From Macrostomum lignano (taxonomy: Eukaryota): a stretch of 64,000 nt of DNA. The notes below the pieces were generated by a model. It searched no databases and was not told the DNA's origin. It saw only the letters and a program-made list of their open reading frames with translations. A program made the translations under genes and the position numbers. The number at the start of each line of letters is the position of its first letter. Position 1 is the first letter of the stretch. This document shows positions 35,908 through 48,000 of this stretch, one piece after another. Location: the NCBI GenBank assembly GCA_002269645.1, contig NIVC01001185.1:62001-126000 (forward strand), read 5' to 3'.

Positions 35908-36788
35908 CAGTGTTGGGCACCAGTCCGTTAATAAGCGTTAATCCGTTAATAAGCATTAATAAGCGTTAAGATTTTTCATTAACATTAACGGACTGTCGTT
36001 AAGATTTTTTTGAACTAACGGATTAACGAATTTGCATTAAAAATTTTGTGAATTAACGATAAATTCATCGTTAACAGTAGTTTCTATGTCAATGACCAAA
36101 GATGCAAAGAAGGAACAAAAAATAGAAGTCTTACAAGAAGTTTAAACATTACAAATGTATTTGAGCTTACCTATATGCCTAAATATAATCTCTTTATTTA
36201 TGACGATGATCATACAGATGTACATGTAATTAACAACTTCTTACAAATAAACTTTAAAATAATGAATTAAAATAGTGTGAAACTTTATTTCTTGCGCGTG
36301 AGCATCGATCGCTTTGATTCACTTCTGTCCCAATCTTTCGCAACTTTCTGCTGCGCCTGCTAATGGTACTGAAACAACCTTCCTATGCGTATTTAATTAT
36401 GAATTTCTCGCTATTAGCTTTTAAGTTTCAAATAAAATAAGTTTCTTTTTTACCATATGCTTTACTTTTAGTAGTATTATGCATGCAAGTTTTTAAAATG
36501 ATTATTTATTACTTTTTTAGCTTTCAAATCGCTTAGATGACCTCTGTGTTTTGCTTAAAAGATGGAATAGCAAAGACGTGCAATACGAAGTCTGTTTTGG
36601 AAAAAACATGCAAGATTTCTGTATTTTCTATGTTAAATTTAACGAATTAACGCTTATTAACAATTATCAGTTAACTTTCAGTTAACTTAACGAAATTAGG
36701 AGTTTAAAAGTTAAGATTTTTTTGTTTTAACGCTAACGCTTTTGCTATTAACAGAAGTTAAGATTTTCATTAACGGTGCCCAACACTG
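35908..36788 (+). mobile_element. hAT-type MITE family A copy 3 (881 bp, uninterrupted)
   Basis: TIR CAGTGTTGGGCACC. 8-bp TSD CCAATAAG at 35900-07 and 36789-96. Confidence 0.93.
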
Positions 36789-36971
36789 CCAATAAGCAAA
36801 GAACAAAAATTATTCATGGAAAATCAACAAAAAAGCACATTTTCTTAAAAAACCAATTCTTTTTTTAGTTATAAAAATCACCTTATTCAAGTAAAATTGT
36901 CACAGACAAATGTTTGCTATGTTTGTTATGAATCTCTTTTTTTTCCAAAATTAATAAAGAGATAATAAAAT

Positions 36972-39184
36972 CATACATGCGCAACTTCTGAAATTACGCT
37001 GGCCGTGCGACTTAGTTTTCGATCAAAAATGCGACTTACCTATGTAGGAAAGCTAAACAAAGAATTGTGGGTAAACGGCAGGAGTAACTATGACCATATT
37101 TTAAAGGCTAAATGCCTCGCCAGCTAATTAGTGCAGATTTCGCGGTTTTTATTACAGCTAATCAGTATATCATAGTGTCGGCCTGAGGCAATTAGTAATG
37201 ATGACAATGAGTAAAGACATGTAATGACAAAAGTCATGATTCATGAATGTCCAGAAGTAAGTGAAGTGAATACAGTGTGGCCTATAGCTCAAGAATAATT
37301 TCACTTGCTAGACGATTTGGCATGGAAGATGAGAGCCCTGATTCAGATGGCTCATCAGATGCAGAATACAAATCCAGTAGAGATACAAGCTGTGAAAACC
37401 CACAGATTTTGAAACCACTGAATTCCAATTCCCGGAACTATTTTGCATAGATTCTTAAATTTGAAGTCATGCTCAAACAAAAACTTGTTAACAGTTAGGA
37501 AAAAGGCAAACAAGGATGGGAGTAAATGCATGTTAAATTAAGATTTGAGGCCTTTTGCAAAATCTCTCCTTTCCTCAATCTTCTCATCCTCTTTTTCTTT
37601 TCTCTCTCATCCCTCATCCCTTTTCTCTTTCCTCTCCTCTCTCCTCTCTTTCCTCCTCTCTTATCTCTTCTGTCTCCTGTCTACATTCTTATCTCTCCTC
37701 TCGTCTCTCTCCACTTCACTCAACTCTCTCATCTCATCTCTCCTCTCTTCTCTACTCTCTTATCTCTCCTCTCTTCACTCTCCTCTTATCTCCTCTTATC
37801 CTCTCTTCTCTCGTCTACTCTCTTATCTCCTTTCTTCTCTCCTCTTTCCTCTTTCCTCTCTTTTCTGATCTCATCCATCATCATATCTTTCCTCTTTCCT
37901 CTCATCTCTCTCATCTCTCTCCTCCCTCAGCTTTTCTCTCCTCTTCTATCTTTTCTCCCATTGCATCGCTCGCCTCTCCTCTGTTTGTTTATCTCTAATC
38001 TTCTATTCCCTCTACTTTGAAGTAAGAAAATATGCACATATTTTTGCTGAAGATAAGAGGAGAGAAGAGGGCATTGAGGAGAAAGGGTAGAGAGAAAAGG
38101 GGAGAAAGGAGAGGGGAGAAGAGAGGAGAGTAAAAATGAAAGGAGAGAGAAGAGGGAAAAGGGGGAGAGAGAGAAGAGGGGAGGCAAGGTAGAGAAGAAG
38201 AGAGAGATGAGAGTTGAAGAGACACCAACCTTGCTAGTTAGAAAGTTTCAAAGAACCCGAGGGGCGAGGGCCAGATAGAGGGGCTTCGCGAGCTGGACTT
38301 TGCCGACCCCTGCTCCGGAGTTAAAGAAATCAATGGGAAACTGTTGACATAGGCTGCTGATTTCAAAGATCTTGTCTGTGGTTGAAGGCTTCTATTCTGT
38401 TTTTTGCTCTCCTGCCACACTTGCACCTACTACCCCTTGATCGCCTCTGATTGCGACTTACTTCTCTCTTATTGCGACTTAGTTGCTCCTTTTGCGACTT
38501 ACCTAACCCTTTTGCGACTTACCTAATCCTTTTTGCGACTTACCTAATCCTTTTGCGACTTACCTAATCCTTTTGCGACTTACCTAATCCTTTTTGCGAC
38601 TTACCTAATCCTTTTGCGACTTGACCTAATCCTTTTTGCGACTTAGTTGCTCCTTTTTCATCTTACCTAATCTTTTTGCGACTTACCTAATCCTTTTTGC
38701 GACTTATCTAATCCTTTTGCGACTTACCTAATCCTTTTGCGACTTACCTAACCCTTTTGCGACTTACCTAATCCTTTTGCGACATACCTAATCCTTTTGC
38801 GACTTACCTAATCCTTTTGCGACATACCTAATCTTTTTGCGACTTACCTAATCCTTTTGCGACTTACCTAATCCTTTTTGCGACTTATCTAACCCTTTTG
38901 CGACTTACCTAATCCTTTTGCGACTTACCTAATCCTTTTTGCGACTTGACCGAATCCTTTTTGCAACTTAGTTGCTCCTTTTGCGACTTACCTAATCATT
39001 TGTGCAACTTAATTTGCTTCTGCTGCAACTTGTTTTTCTTTTGCTTCACCATTTTACTTCCCTATATTGCTCTTTCCTCTTGCATTTTTTCGTTTTTGGT
39101 CAACTCAATTTTGCAACTTACCCTGGTCCACCACAATTTACGGTGGCCGGATCGGCCAGCTCGGCCAGCAGTTGCGCATGTATG
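36972..39184. mobile_element. Long (2.2 kb) non-autonomous member of hAT family B
   Basis: TIR CATACATGCGCAAC / GTTGCGCATGTATG, flanked by a 7-bp direct repeat ATAAAAT. It contains CT/GA low-complexity DNA (37560-38220) and a GCGACTTA array. Confidence 0.75.
38450..38990. repeat. ~20-bp tandem array of the family-B subterminal motif
   Basis: Unit TTTTGCGACTTACCTAATCC, about 25 copies. Confidence 0.9.
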
Positions 39185-39239
39185 ATAAAATGAAGCTTTT
39201 ATAAAGATAACAGACATTCCCCTAAATATAATTTAATAT

Positions 39240-39770
39240 CCCCATGATAGCAAGCATCTCCCTAGATAGCAAGCATCCTCTCAGATAGCAAGTACATCTT
39301 AGATAGCAAGCATCCCTTAATAACAAGCATTTCCCAGATGGTAAGAATCCTACAAATAGCAAGTATCCCTTCTAGATAGTAAACATCCTTAGATAGCAAG
39401 CATTTTCCAGATAGCAAGCATTCTCCAGATAGCAAGCATTCTCTAGATAGCAAGCATCCCTCCTAGATATAAAGTAGCTAATAAAAATATTTCCTCTGCT
39501 AATGCAATAATCAATTTCTTAAGTTGTGCAATAATCCATCTTAGCTAGTGCAATAACATCTTTTTCAGCCAGTGCAATAATCCTCTTTGCTAGTGCAATA
39601 ATCCTTTACTTATCAAGTGCAATAATCATTGGCTTATCAAGTTTAATAATCCTTGGTTTATCAAGTGCAATAGTTCTTGGCTTATATAATGCAATAATCA
39701 ATGTCTTAGCAAGTGCAGTAATCTTTAAATTATCAATTGCAGTAATCCTTGGCTTATCAAATGCAACTAT
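39240..39770. repeat. Two short degenerate minisatellites
   Basis: AGATAGCAAGCAT-based unit (39240-39470) and TGCAATAATCCTTGGCTTATCAAG-based unit (39540-39770). Confidence 0.75.
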
Positions 39771-41422
39771 CAAGTAAAAAATATATAGATAGTTATCCCC
39801 TCAGCAGTTTTCAGCTGTACATGTATGCCCATAAGTCTAGAAGAACTACCCTAGCAGTTTTCAGTTTGTCCCCTTTGTAGTCTGCATGAATGATCCTTTT
39901 GAGTTTTGACAATCTGCAATTCCCCATAGCAATCTACAGTCATTCCATTTGCATTCTACAAATGTTCCCTTAACAATTCTCATTTAATCCCTTCAGTAGT
40001 CTGCAGTTCTCCTCTTAGCTGGCTCTTTAGTATCCTCAGCAAGCTGCAATGATCCTCTCAATTGTTGAAAAGATGCTAGGATCAGTAATACTCAAAGCAG
40101 CTTTTACAAATCAAATTTGCTTAGTGGCTTATGACAAATAGTAAAAATAATTAATTGTTGATTAATAAAAATGTTTCAATTGCTATTAATAAAGAAATGT
40201 TTAATAAATAAGTTGATAAACAGGCTATAAGTACATATATTAATTTAATTTTAATTGTCCACAGCAATGCAGACTTGAACCTGGGACCTTATGCCTAGCT
40301 TAAACTTAGTCCTAGTGCCTACAATGCAACTATTCTGTCTATTGATTGGAGAGTAAAAAAATCAACCACATATGCTTGGCATTGGAGTCAAATATATAGC
40401 AGTAATATAATAGGCTATCAATATGCATAGTATACATTAGTTTCTATGCACAACCATTTCATTATGGTCATTAGTTGTGGTGTAGCTAGAAAAATAAGTG
40501 TAATTTTTATAAAGGTTTTCAATCTAAACTAAACTAAAATGAATTCTATAAGCACTTATAGATGCCATGGCAGAAAGTGCAATATGTTGTATTATGGTAG
40601 AAGATGTTAATCGGATACTCATCAGATGCTGAAAATAGCAGATTATTGTTGTGAGCCCTGTCCTCCAAAGCGACGCCTACAGCTTTAACCTGTTGGAAAG
40701 CTGCAACCCCAGGCCCCCAGTTAGAGCTCCCATCCCGTATCCTAGGGAGAAGCAGGAAAACAACAGAGCAAAACTCACGAGCTTCCGCGCAAAAGTGGAT
40801 ACAATTTGCACTTGCTATGTGCTTTGGTAGACAAGTAAGTTTGTTTTGAAGTAGCCAACGATAAGACCAAAAGAATTCAAGGGTGTAGCTGCCCACTAGA
40901 CAGCAAATTCATTATATTTATTATCTGACCTACAAGTACATGAATACGTTTAGAACAAATGTATGGTATAGTAGGGGAGGTGGTGCAAGGTGGTGTGACC
41001 AGTGTATGCATTGATTATTGGAGGGGTGGGGTAGGGCAGACTGGAGGGTTAGGGCAGGGCAGGAGGGCAAAAAAGAACACGATTGCACAACATAATTATA
41101 TATTTAACCATTGTAAATGTTAAAATGGCCATGTCAATATCAAGGGAACAAAATACCAGGTAAAACAAGTATATCTCAAGCATTTATTAGCATATTGTCT
41201 TTTGTAAGTATTCTCAGTCATCTGTTGCATTTGAATTCAACTAGGTATAAGTAAAGCAGCAGGCTTATCTGAAAAGTACTCACAAATGACAGCTAGTCAA
41301 TAAATGTTTAAGTTTGCATCTATGCAATAGAAATCATTAGCAGACTAGGTGGGCTTTGCATTCAATCTGCTGAGACATTGATATATTTTTAATTTGCAAG
41401 TACAACAATTAACAAATATAAA

Positions 41423-42249
41423 TACGAGGGGTGTCCCAAAAGTTCCCGGAATGTCTAACGTAGCTCTTCAACAGAGCCATGAAATTTCATGCCCATGGTG
41501 TCAAATGAAAGGAAATTTTGTCACAAAGAATACAAAGTTAAAATCATGTTGATATCTTTTTTTATTCAAGAGCTACAGCAAGAAACTTGCGCAAAGGTCA
41601 GGGGTAGTGTTACACAACCTCAACAATCTATGGCAATAATTTTTTCATCTCCATTTTTGGAGTTTTTCATTTTGAATTTGTGCTACTGACGTGTCAGAAT
41701 GACGTGGTAGTGTCTATGGAAAAAGCAGAAATGCTCATAAAGCTAATCTGAGCTTTTGCGCGAGTGCAGATAATTTGTACCAAGCGCTTGCTTTCAACTT
41801 GAAATTTCTTTGCGAAAATGAGTTCTCTTCAGAGCCTTGAAAGTCAGCGAAGTCAAGTTTTTGCCCTTTGGTCAGTAGGATGGAGTGGAGCCAATATTTC
41901 TTACCACTTATTCTCCATCCACGGTGAGAACAGCCTGAAAAAAAAACTGCAATTTACGGATGGATCAAACGCTTTAGAGATGGCCAGTCTGTTGTGAATG
42001 AATTCAAAATGAAAAACTCCAAAAATGGAGATGAAAAAATTATTGCCATAGATTGTTGAGGTTGTGTAACACTACCCCTGACCTTTGCGCAAGTTTCTTG
42101 CTGTAGCTCTTGAATAAAAAAAGATATCAACATGATTTTAACTTTGTATTCTTTGTGACAAAATTTCCTTTCATTTGACACCATGGGCATGAAATTTCAT
42201 GGCTCTGTTAAAGAGAGCTACGTTAGACACTTTTGGGACACCCCTCGTA
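41423..42249. mobile_element. Mariner-derived fold-back MITE (TA TSD, ~250-bp arms, transposase 5' remnant in the loop)
   Basis: TA-CGAGGGGTGTCCCAAAAG ... CTTTTGGGACACCCCTCG-TA. Arms are about 41423-41676 and 41995-42249. The loop (ATG at 41818) encodes MSSLQSLESQRSQVFALWSVGWSGANISYHLFSIHGENSLK/KTAIYGWIKRFRDG with a frameshift in the A-run. Confidence 0.88.
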
Positions 42250-43561
42250 GAAATACTAAATTAACTACGAAATGCTTAGACAAAGAAAACATTCAATTTT
42301 GGTCAACACTCTTGCCAATAATGGGAAATGCTGCCCAATAGTTTGTACCGTCACCTTGATTTTCTTGCAGATTTAACAAATTCCAGTGGTTAGTACATTC
42401 AAATTACATGACCCCCTAATGTACAAAGCTCATAGTCACACTGAGCAAGTAACTAATCAGTTTCCCTAGTCCACCCTGCTGTGATTGAGTACCTGCTCCA
42501 GCTGGTGTAGAAACTCAAAAGAGGCAAGACAGCATAGCCTTGGAAGCAGAAAAGCTTTGTCTTGCAGCTACATGTACATAGCACTGTATTGATAGAGAGA
42601 GCAAAGGAGGGATGCTTGAGTGTTTGACAGGCCATTTAACTGCATGATTGTATTACCTGATTAGTAACTTCTATCAGATGAACTAAGTCAGGTAATAATG
42701 CAAGATGAATAAATAAATATTGTTTGAATACTTTGAGTGTATATTTAGTTAAAAGCTGCGGTACAATTTCATGGAATAGTTTTATAATAATTTAAGTTAA
42801 AATTTAATAAAGAGTAAAAACTACAGAAAAAACTAAAGACAAACTTGAGATAGTGCCAAAAGTACAAAACTGTAGCGGCCAGACTGTACGCGACAAGCAG
42901 CACCAGTGCAGCCACACTGGAAACCCCCCAACCTCTATCTAGCTGAGGTGGGGTGGGTGCCCACCATGATAGCCGGCTCGCTAAGCCGGGGAGGGGGAAT
43001 CGGCGTAGCCTATCATGCAACGCCACCTTTTTGCACCTCCCTAGGCCCCACAATATTGTACTGTTTGTATAAATATAAATATACGCGCAAAGCAGCGCAA
43101 GATCTTCGCTGCCATTCCATCTATTGAAACAAAAATGCCTTCCACCTATTGAAACAAAAATGCCTTCCACCTCAAAACTGCGTTTTTGCATACAAAAAGA
43201 AATAACTTTCTTTTTTGAGGGACGCGCAATGAATATACATGTATGCACACATTGGCACCCACTGGCAAAGGCATTCAGCTCAATTGAAAGCGTGTTTTAT
43301 ATAGAGATAGGTGAGAGAGAGAGATTCATTCAGAGATACTAAGTAAGACAGACAAACAGAAAGACAGGCAGACAGACAGACAGACAGAGAACAGACAGAC
43401 AGACAGTCAAACACATAAGGTAATTTTTTGCCAAGGCGCAGTCTATTCTTATTGCGTGAGTGTTTACATACATAAAGCAAACAAACGGTTACATTGAGTA
43501 AATACAGTACTACTTTTCTATTAACAGCAGCAAGTTAGCAAAATCATTGAAAGTAGGTCAG

Positions 43562-43966
43562 TTAGAGAACTGGAACGTGAACTAGAAACTCTTGTTGTCG
43601 AAGAATGCAGATTGCCTTGTTTGCAGGAATCGATTCATAAACACATACTCTTGTCCATCGATAGTATCCAATGCGCAACAAACTAGATAAAAAACAACTA
43701 TTGTCAAAGTGCCTAGTGAATTCCAGTACAGCCCCATCCATGTGGCCCAATGCTGTGACATTTGAAACTATAACAATTCTTCCATCTGCCAGAATAGCAC
43801 AGTTGTTAGGTGACTCAGGTGAGAAATAGATGGTGTTTAATTCTGCGTCAGTGTAGATAGCACAGATATTCCTTTGTTGGTTTACTGACTGAAAAAATAT
43901 ATGCCTTGAAGCTCTAATCCGTCGTTTGAGTAATCGAATTGGCAATTTATACAGGAAAAAGTGCAC
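43562..43966 (-). pseudogene. Possible C-terminal remnant of an EnSpm/Mirage-type (CMC) transposase
   Basis: LLKRRIRASRHIFFQSVNQ and SPNNCAILADGRIVIVSNV...SSLLRIG resemble C-terminal motifs of such transposases as I recall them. No TIRs were identified. Confidence 0.35.
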
Positions 43967-44879
43967 ATATCTCTTCTAGATTCTCTGAAATTGGCGCACC
44001 AACACAGTTGAGATTGGTTTGCTCCTATTGCTACTTGTCGCTGGGTGGCATAGAGCTATCATGCTTGAACTCGGTGCTATTAGCCTTAACACTCTGACCA
44101 GTTGGCCTCAGAGGCTTCAAAATCACTACTGATCCTTGGCTGCTTATAAACTGGTTGTTTATCACTTGAACTGCTGTCGTCTTCAGATGATTCACTGCTG
44201 GATGCAGCAGCAGAAGCAACAGTTACTTTGCACTTCTGTCCGTGGTTCTCGCAGATCTACTGAACGATTGGACTTACAAATATAAAAAGCTTCCTCAGCA
44301 GTCATCCATGATGTATTTCAAATGTGTTATAAACAAAAATGTAGCAGGAACTCGACCACAGACCTTTGCAGCAATGCCTAAAAAGTCTGTCTGTCTCAGG
44401 CCTAAAATGCATTTGGGAGCATAGAAAGGCACGTGTTTTTTGCTATCACCATTGGATTTATTTTGCTAAATTTAATAGATTTAAAGCTAAGCAAAGCTAA
44501 CCCATTGAAAAAAATAAAAACAGTAAGAATTTTGCTAAAATTTCAAACTGAAGTTAAGTTAAACTTTAATTCTATAATTAAACCAACTTTCTGTTATGCC
44601 TTTCTTTATGACTTACCCAAAAAAGTAGAAAAAATGATCAAAGTTATCAATTTTCCAACTTACCTTCGGTATGTCACTATCAAAGTTTATGCCTGCTAGG
44701 TTTGTTAGCAGTTGCACATGTTTTTTATGTTTTTTTGTTAAAGTCCCCATTGGCAATCTAACAAAAATAAATTAACTCAAGCTTAGGCCTGGTGATTTTT
44801 AGCGTTAGGTCTCTGCATCTACTTTGCTTCAATTATTTGGAGGTCTATGCATTTGGAGGTCTATGCACAACCATGGGGT

Positions 44880-45058
44880 GGGTGTACAGCGGTCATGTGA
44901 CTTTCTAATCGTTAGGCATGTGCACTCTCTGTGCCTTGAGGGTTAGTCCTCATGGCTGTGAATCGCATGACAGCACCTTTTAGCCAGTTTTTAGTGTACA
45001 AATAAACCTCAAATTAATATTCAGACCGCTTGTAAAAAGTTAGGGCCACTGTACACCC
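44880..45058. repeat. Small inverted-repeat element upstream of NAA40
   Basis: Ends GGGTGTACAG(C/T)GG / CCACTGTACACCC. A related sequence lies at about 33575-33635. No TSD seen. Confidence 0.45.
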
Positions 45059-45086
45059 TGTGAGCTTGTGCTCCGGGCTTATTGCC

Positions 45087-48000
45087 ATGTTTACCTGTGT
45101 GTCACCCACCCCGCAGCCGAAGCCACGCTCAGCCTCTGCGGAGGCCCGCGACGCCGCCTGGGAGCTGGTCCGCGCCGCTCAGGCCATCGACAATCCGCTA
45201 GCCGCCTACCTGCCCAAATCTGCCACCTTCGAAGCTCGGCCTCGTCCCGGCAAGGCAATATCATCGACGACGCCGCCGCTTCGCTGTCAATTAGAATGTC
45301 GACGGGCCGACGACGTGTCGGCTGATGATCGCGATGTGATAATGCAGCTAATAAGCGACAACATGAGCGCTCTGTACGCCGAAAGCTCCTGGGGCTGGAA
45401 GGAGCGCGAGAAGAAACGGGAAATATTTGACGATCGGCATTATTTCCTATTGGCTAGGCGGGACTCCGACAAAAAGCTGGTTGGATTGGCTAATATTAGA
45501 TTTGATTTGGACTTCAATTCCCCCGTGCTCTATTGCTACGAGTTACAGGTTTGTTTGTTTTATTATTATAAATTGTTGCTTTTTTATTGGACAATACTAA
45601 TTAGGAGACTTTGCACCGTGATGATTAGGGATTCGTAGAGACACTAATTAGGGATTTGTAGAGACACTAATTAGGGATTTGTAGAGACTATAATTAGGGA
45701 TTTGTAGAGACAAAATTAGGTATTTAGAGACACTTATTAGGGATTTGTAGAGACACTAATTAAGGATTTGTAGAGACACTAATTAGGGATTTGTAGAGAC
45801 TATAATTAGGGATTTGTAGAGACAATAATTAGGGATTTGTAGACTATAATTAGGGATTTGTAGAGACACTAATTAGGGATTTGTAGAGACAATAATTAGG
45901 GATTTGTAGAGACACTAATTAGGGATTTGTAGAGACACTAATTAGGGATTTGTAGAGACACTAATTAGGGATTTGTAGACTATAATTAGGGATTTGTAAA
46001 GACACTAATTAGGGATTTTAAAGACACTAATTAGGAATTTGTAGAGACACTAATTAGGAATTTGTAGAGACACTAATTAGGGATTTGTAGAGACACTAAT
46101 TAAGGATTTGTAAAGACACTAATTAGGAATTTGTAGAGACACTAATTAGGAATTTGTAGAGACACTAATTAGGGATTTTAAAGACACTAATTAGGAATTT
46201 GTAGAGACACTAATTAGGAATTTGTAGAGACACTAATTAGGAATTTGTAGAGACACTAATTAGGGATTTGTAGAGACACTTATTAGGGATTTGTAGAGAC
46301 ACTAATTAAGGATTTGTAGAGACACTAATTAGGGATTTGTAGAGACAATAATTAGGGATTTGTAGAGACACTAATTAGGGATTTGTAGAGACACTAATTA
46401 GGAATTTGTAGAGACTATAATTAGGGATTTGTAGAGACAATAATTAGGGATTTGTAGAGACACTAATTAAGGATTTGTAGAGACACTAATTAGGGATTTG
46501 TAAAGACACTTATTAGGGATTTGTAGAGACACTTATTAGGGATTTGTAGAGACACTAATTAAGGATTTGTAGAGACACTAATTAGGGATTTGTAGAGACA
46601 ATAATTAGGGATTTGTAGAGACAATAATTAGGAATTTGTAGAGACACTAATTAGGGATTTGTAGAGACAATAATTAGGGATTTGTAGAGACACTAATTAG
46701 GGATTTGTAGAGACACTAATTAAGGATTTGTAGAGACACTAATTAGGGATTTGTAGAGACACTTATTAGGGATTTGTAGAGACACTAATTAGGAATTTGT
46801 AGAGACACTAATTAGGAATTTGTAGAGACACTAATTAGGAATTTGTAGAGACACTAATTAGGGATTTGTAGAGACAATAATTAGGGATTTGTAGAGACAC
46901 TAATTAGGGATTTGTAGAGACACTAATTAAGGATTTGTAGAGACACTAATTAGGGATTTGTAGAGACACTTATTAGGGATTTGTAGAGACACTAATTAAG
47001 GATTTGTAGAGACACTAATTAGGGATTTGTAGAGACAATAATTAGGGATTTGTAGAGACAATAATTAGGGATTTGTAGAGACAATAATTAGGGATTTGTA
47101 GAGACACTAATTAAGGATTTGTAGAGACACTAATTAGGGATTTGTAGAGACACTTATTAGGGATTTGTAGAGACACTAATTAGGGATTTGTAGAGACACT
47201 TATTAGGGATTTGTAGAGACAATAATTAGGGATTTGTAGAGACACTAATTAAGGATTTGTAGAGACACTAATTAGGGATTTGTAGAGACACTTATTAGGG
47301 ATTTGTAGAGACACTAATTAAGGATTTGTAGAGACACTAATTAGGGATTTGTAGAGACACTTATTAGGGATTTGTAGAGACACTAATTAAGGATTTGTAG
47401 AGACAATAATTAGGGATTTGTAGAGACACTAATTAGGGATTTGTAGAGACAATAATTAGGGATTTGTAGAGACAATAATTAGGGATTTGTAGAGACACTA
47501 ATTAGGGATTTGTAGAGACACTAATTAAGGATTTGTAGAGACACTAATTAGGGATTTGTAGAGACACTAATTAAGGATTTGTAGAGACACTAATTAGGGA
47601 TTTGTAGAGACACTTATTAGGGATTTGTAGAGACAATAATTAGGGATTTGTAGAGACAATAATTAGGGATTTGTAGAGACACTAATTAGGGATTTGTAGA
47701 GACACTAATTAAGGATTTGTAGAGACACTAATTAGGGATTTGTAGAGACACTAATTAAGGATTTGTAGAGACACTAATTAGGGATTTGTAGAGACACTTA
47801 TTAGGGATTTGTAGAGACACTAATTAGGAATTTGTAGAGACACTAATTAGGAATTTGTAGAGACACTAATTAGGAATTTGTAGAGACACTAATTAGGGAT
47901 TTGTAGAGACAATAATTAGGGATTTGTAGAGACACTAATTAGGGATTTGTAGAGACACTAATTAAGGATTTGTAGAGACACTAATTAGGGATTTGTAGAG

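Noticed and set aside
37526-38228. Leu/Ser-rich ORFs
   Set aside because: CT/GA low-complexity DNA inside a non-autonomous hAT element.
40546-40896. 116-aa ORF and similar short intergenic ORFs (21806-22153, 42769-43248)
   Set aside because: No recognisable motifs, splice context or exon-like composition.
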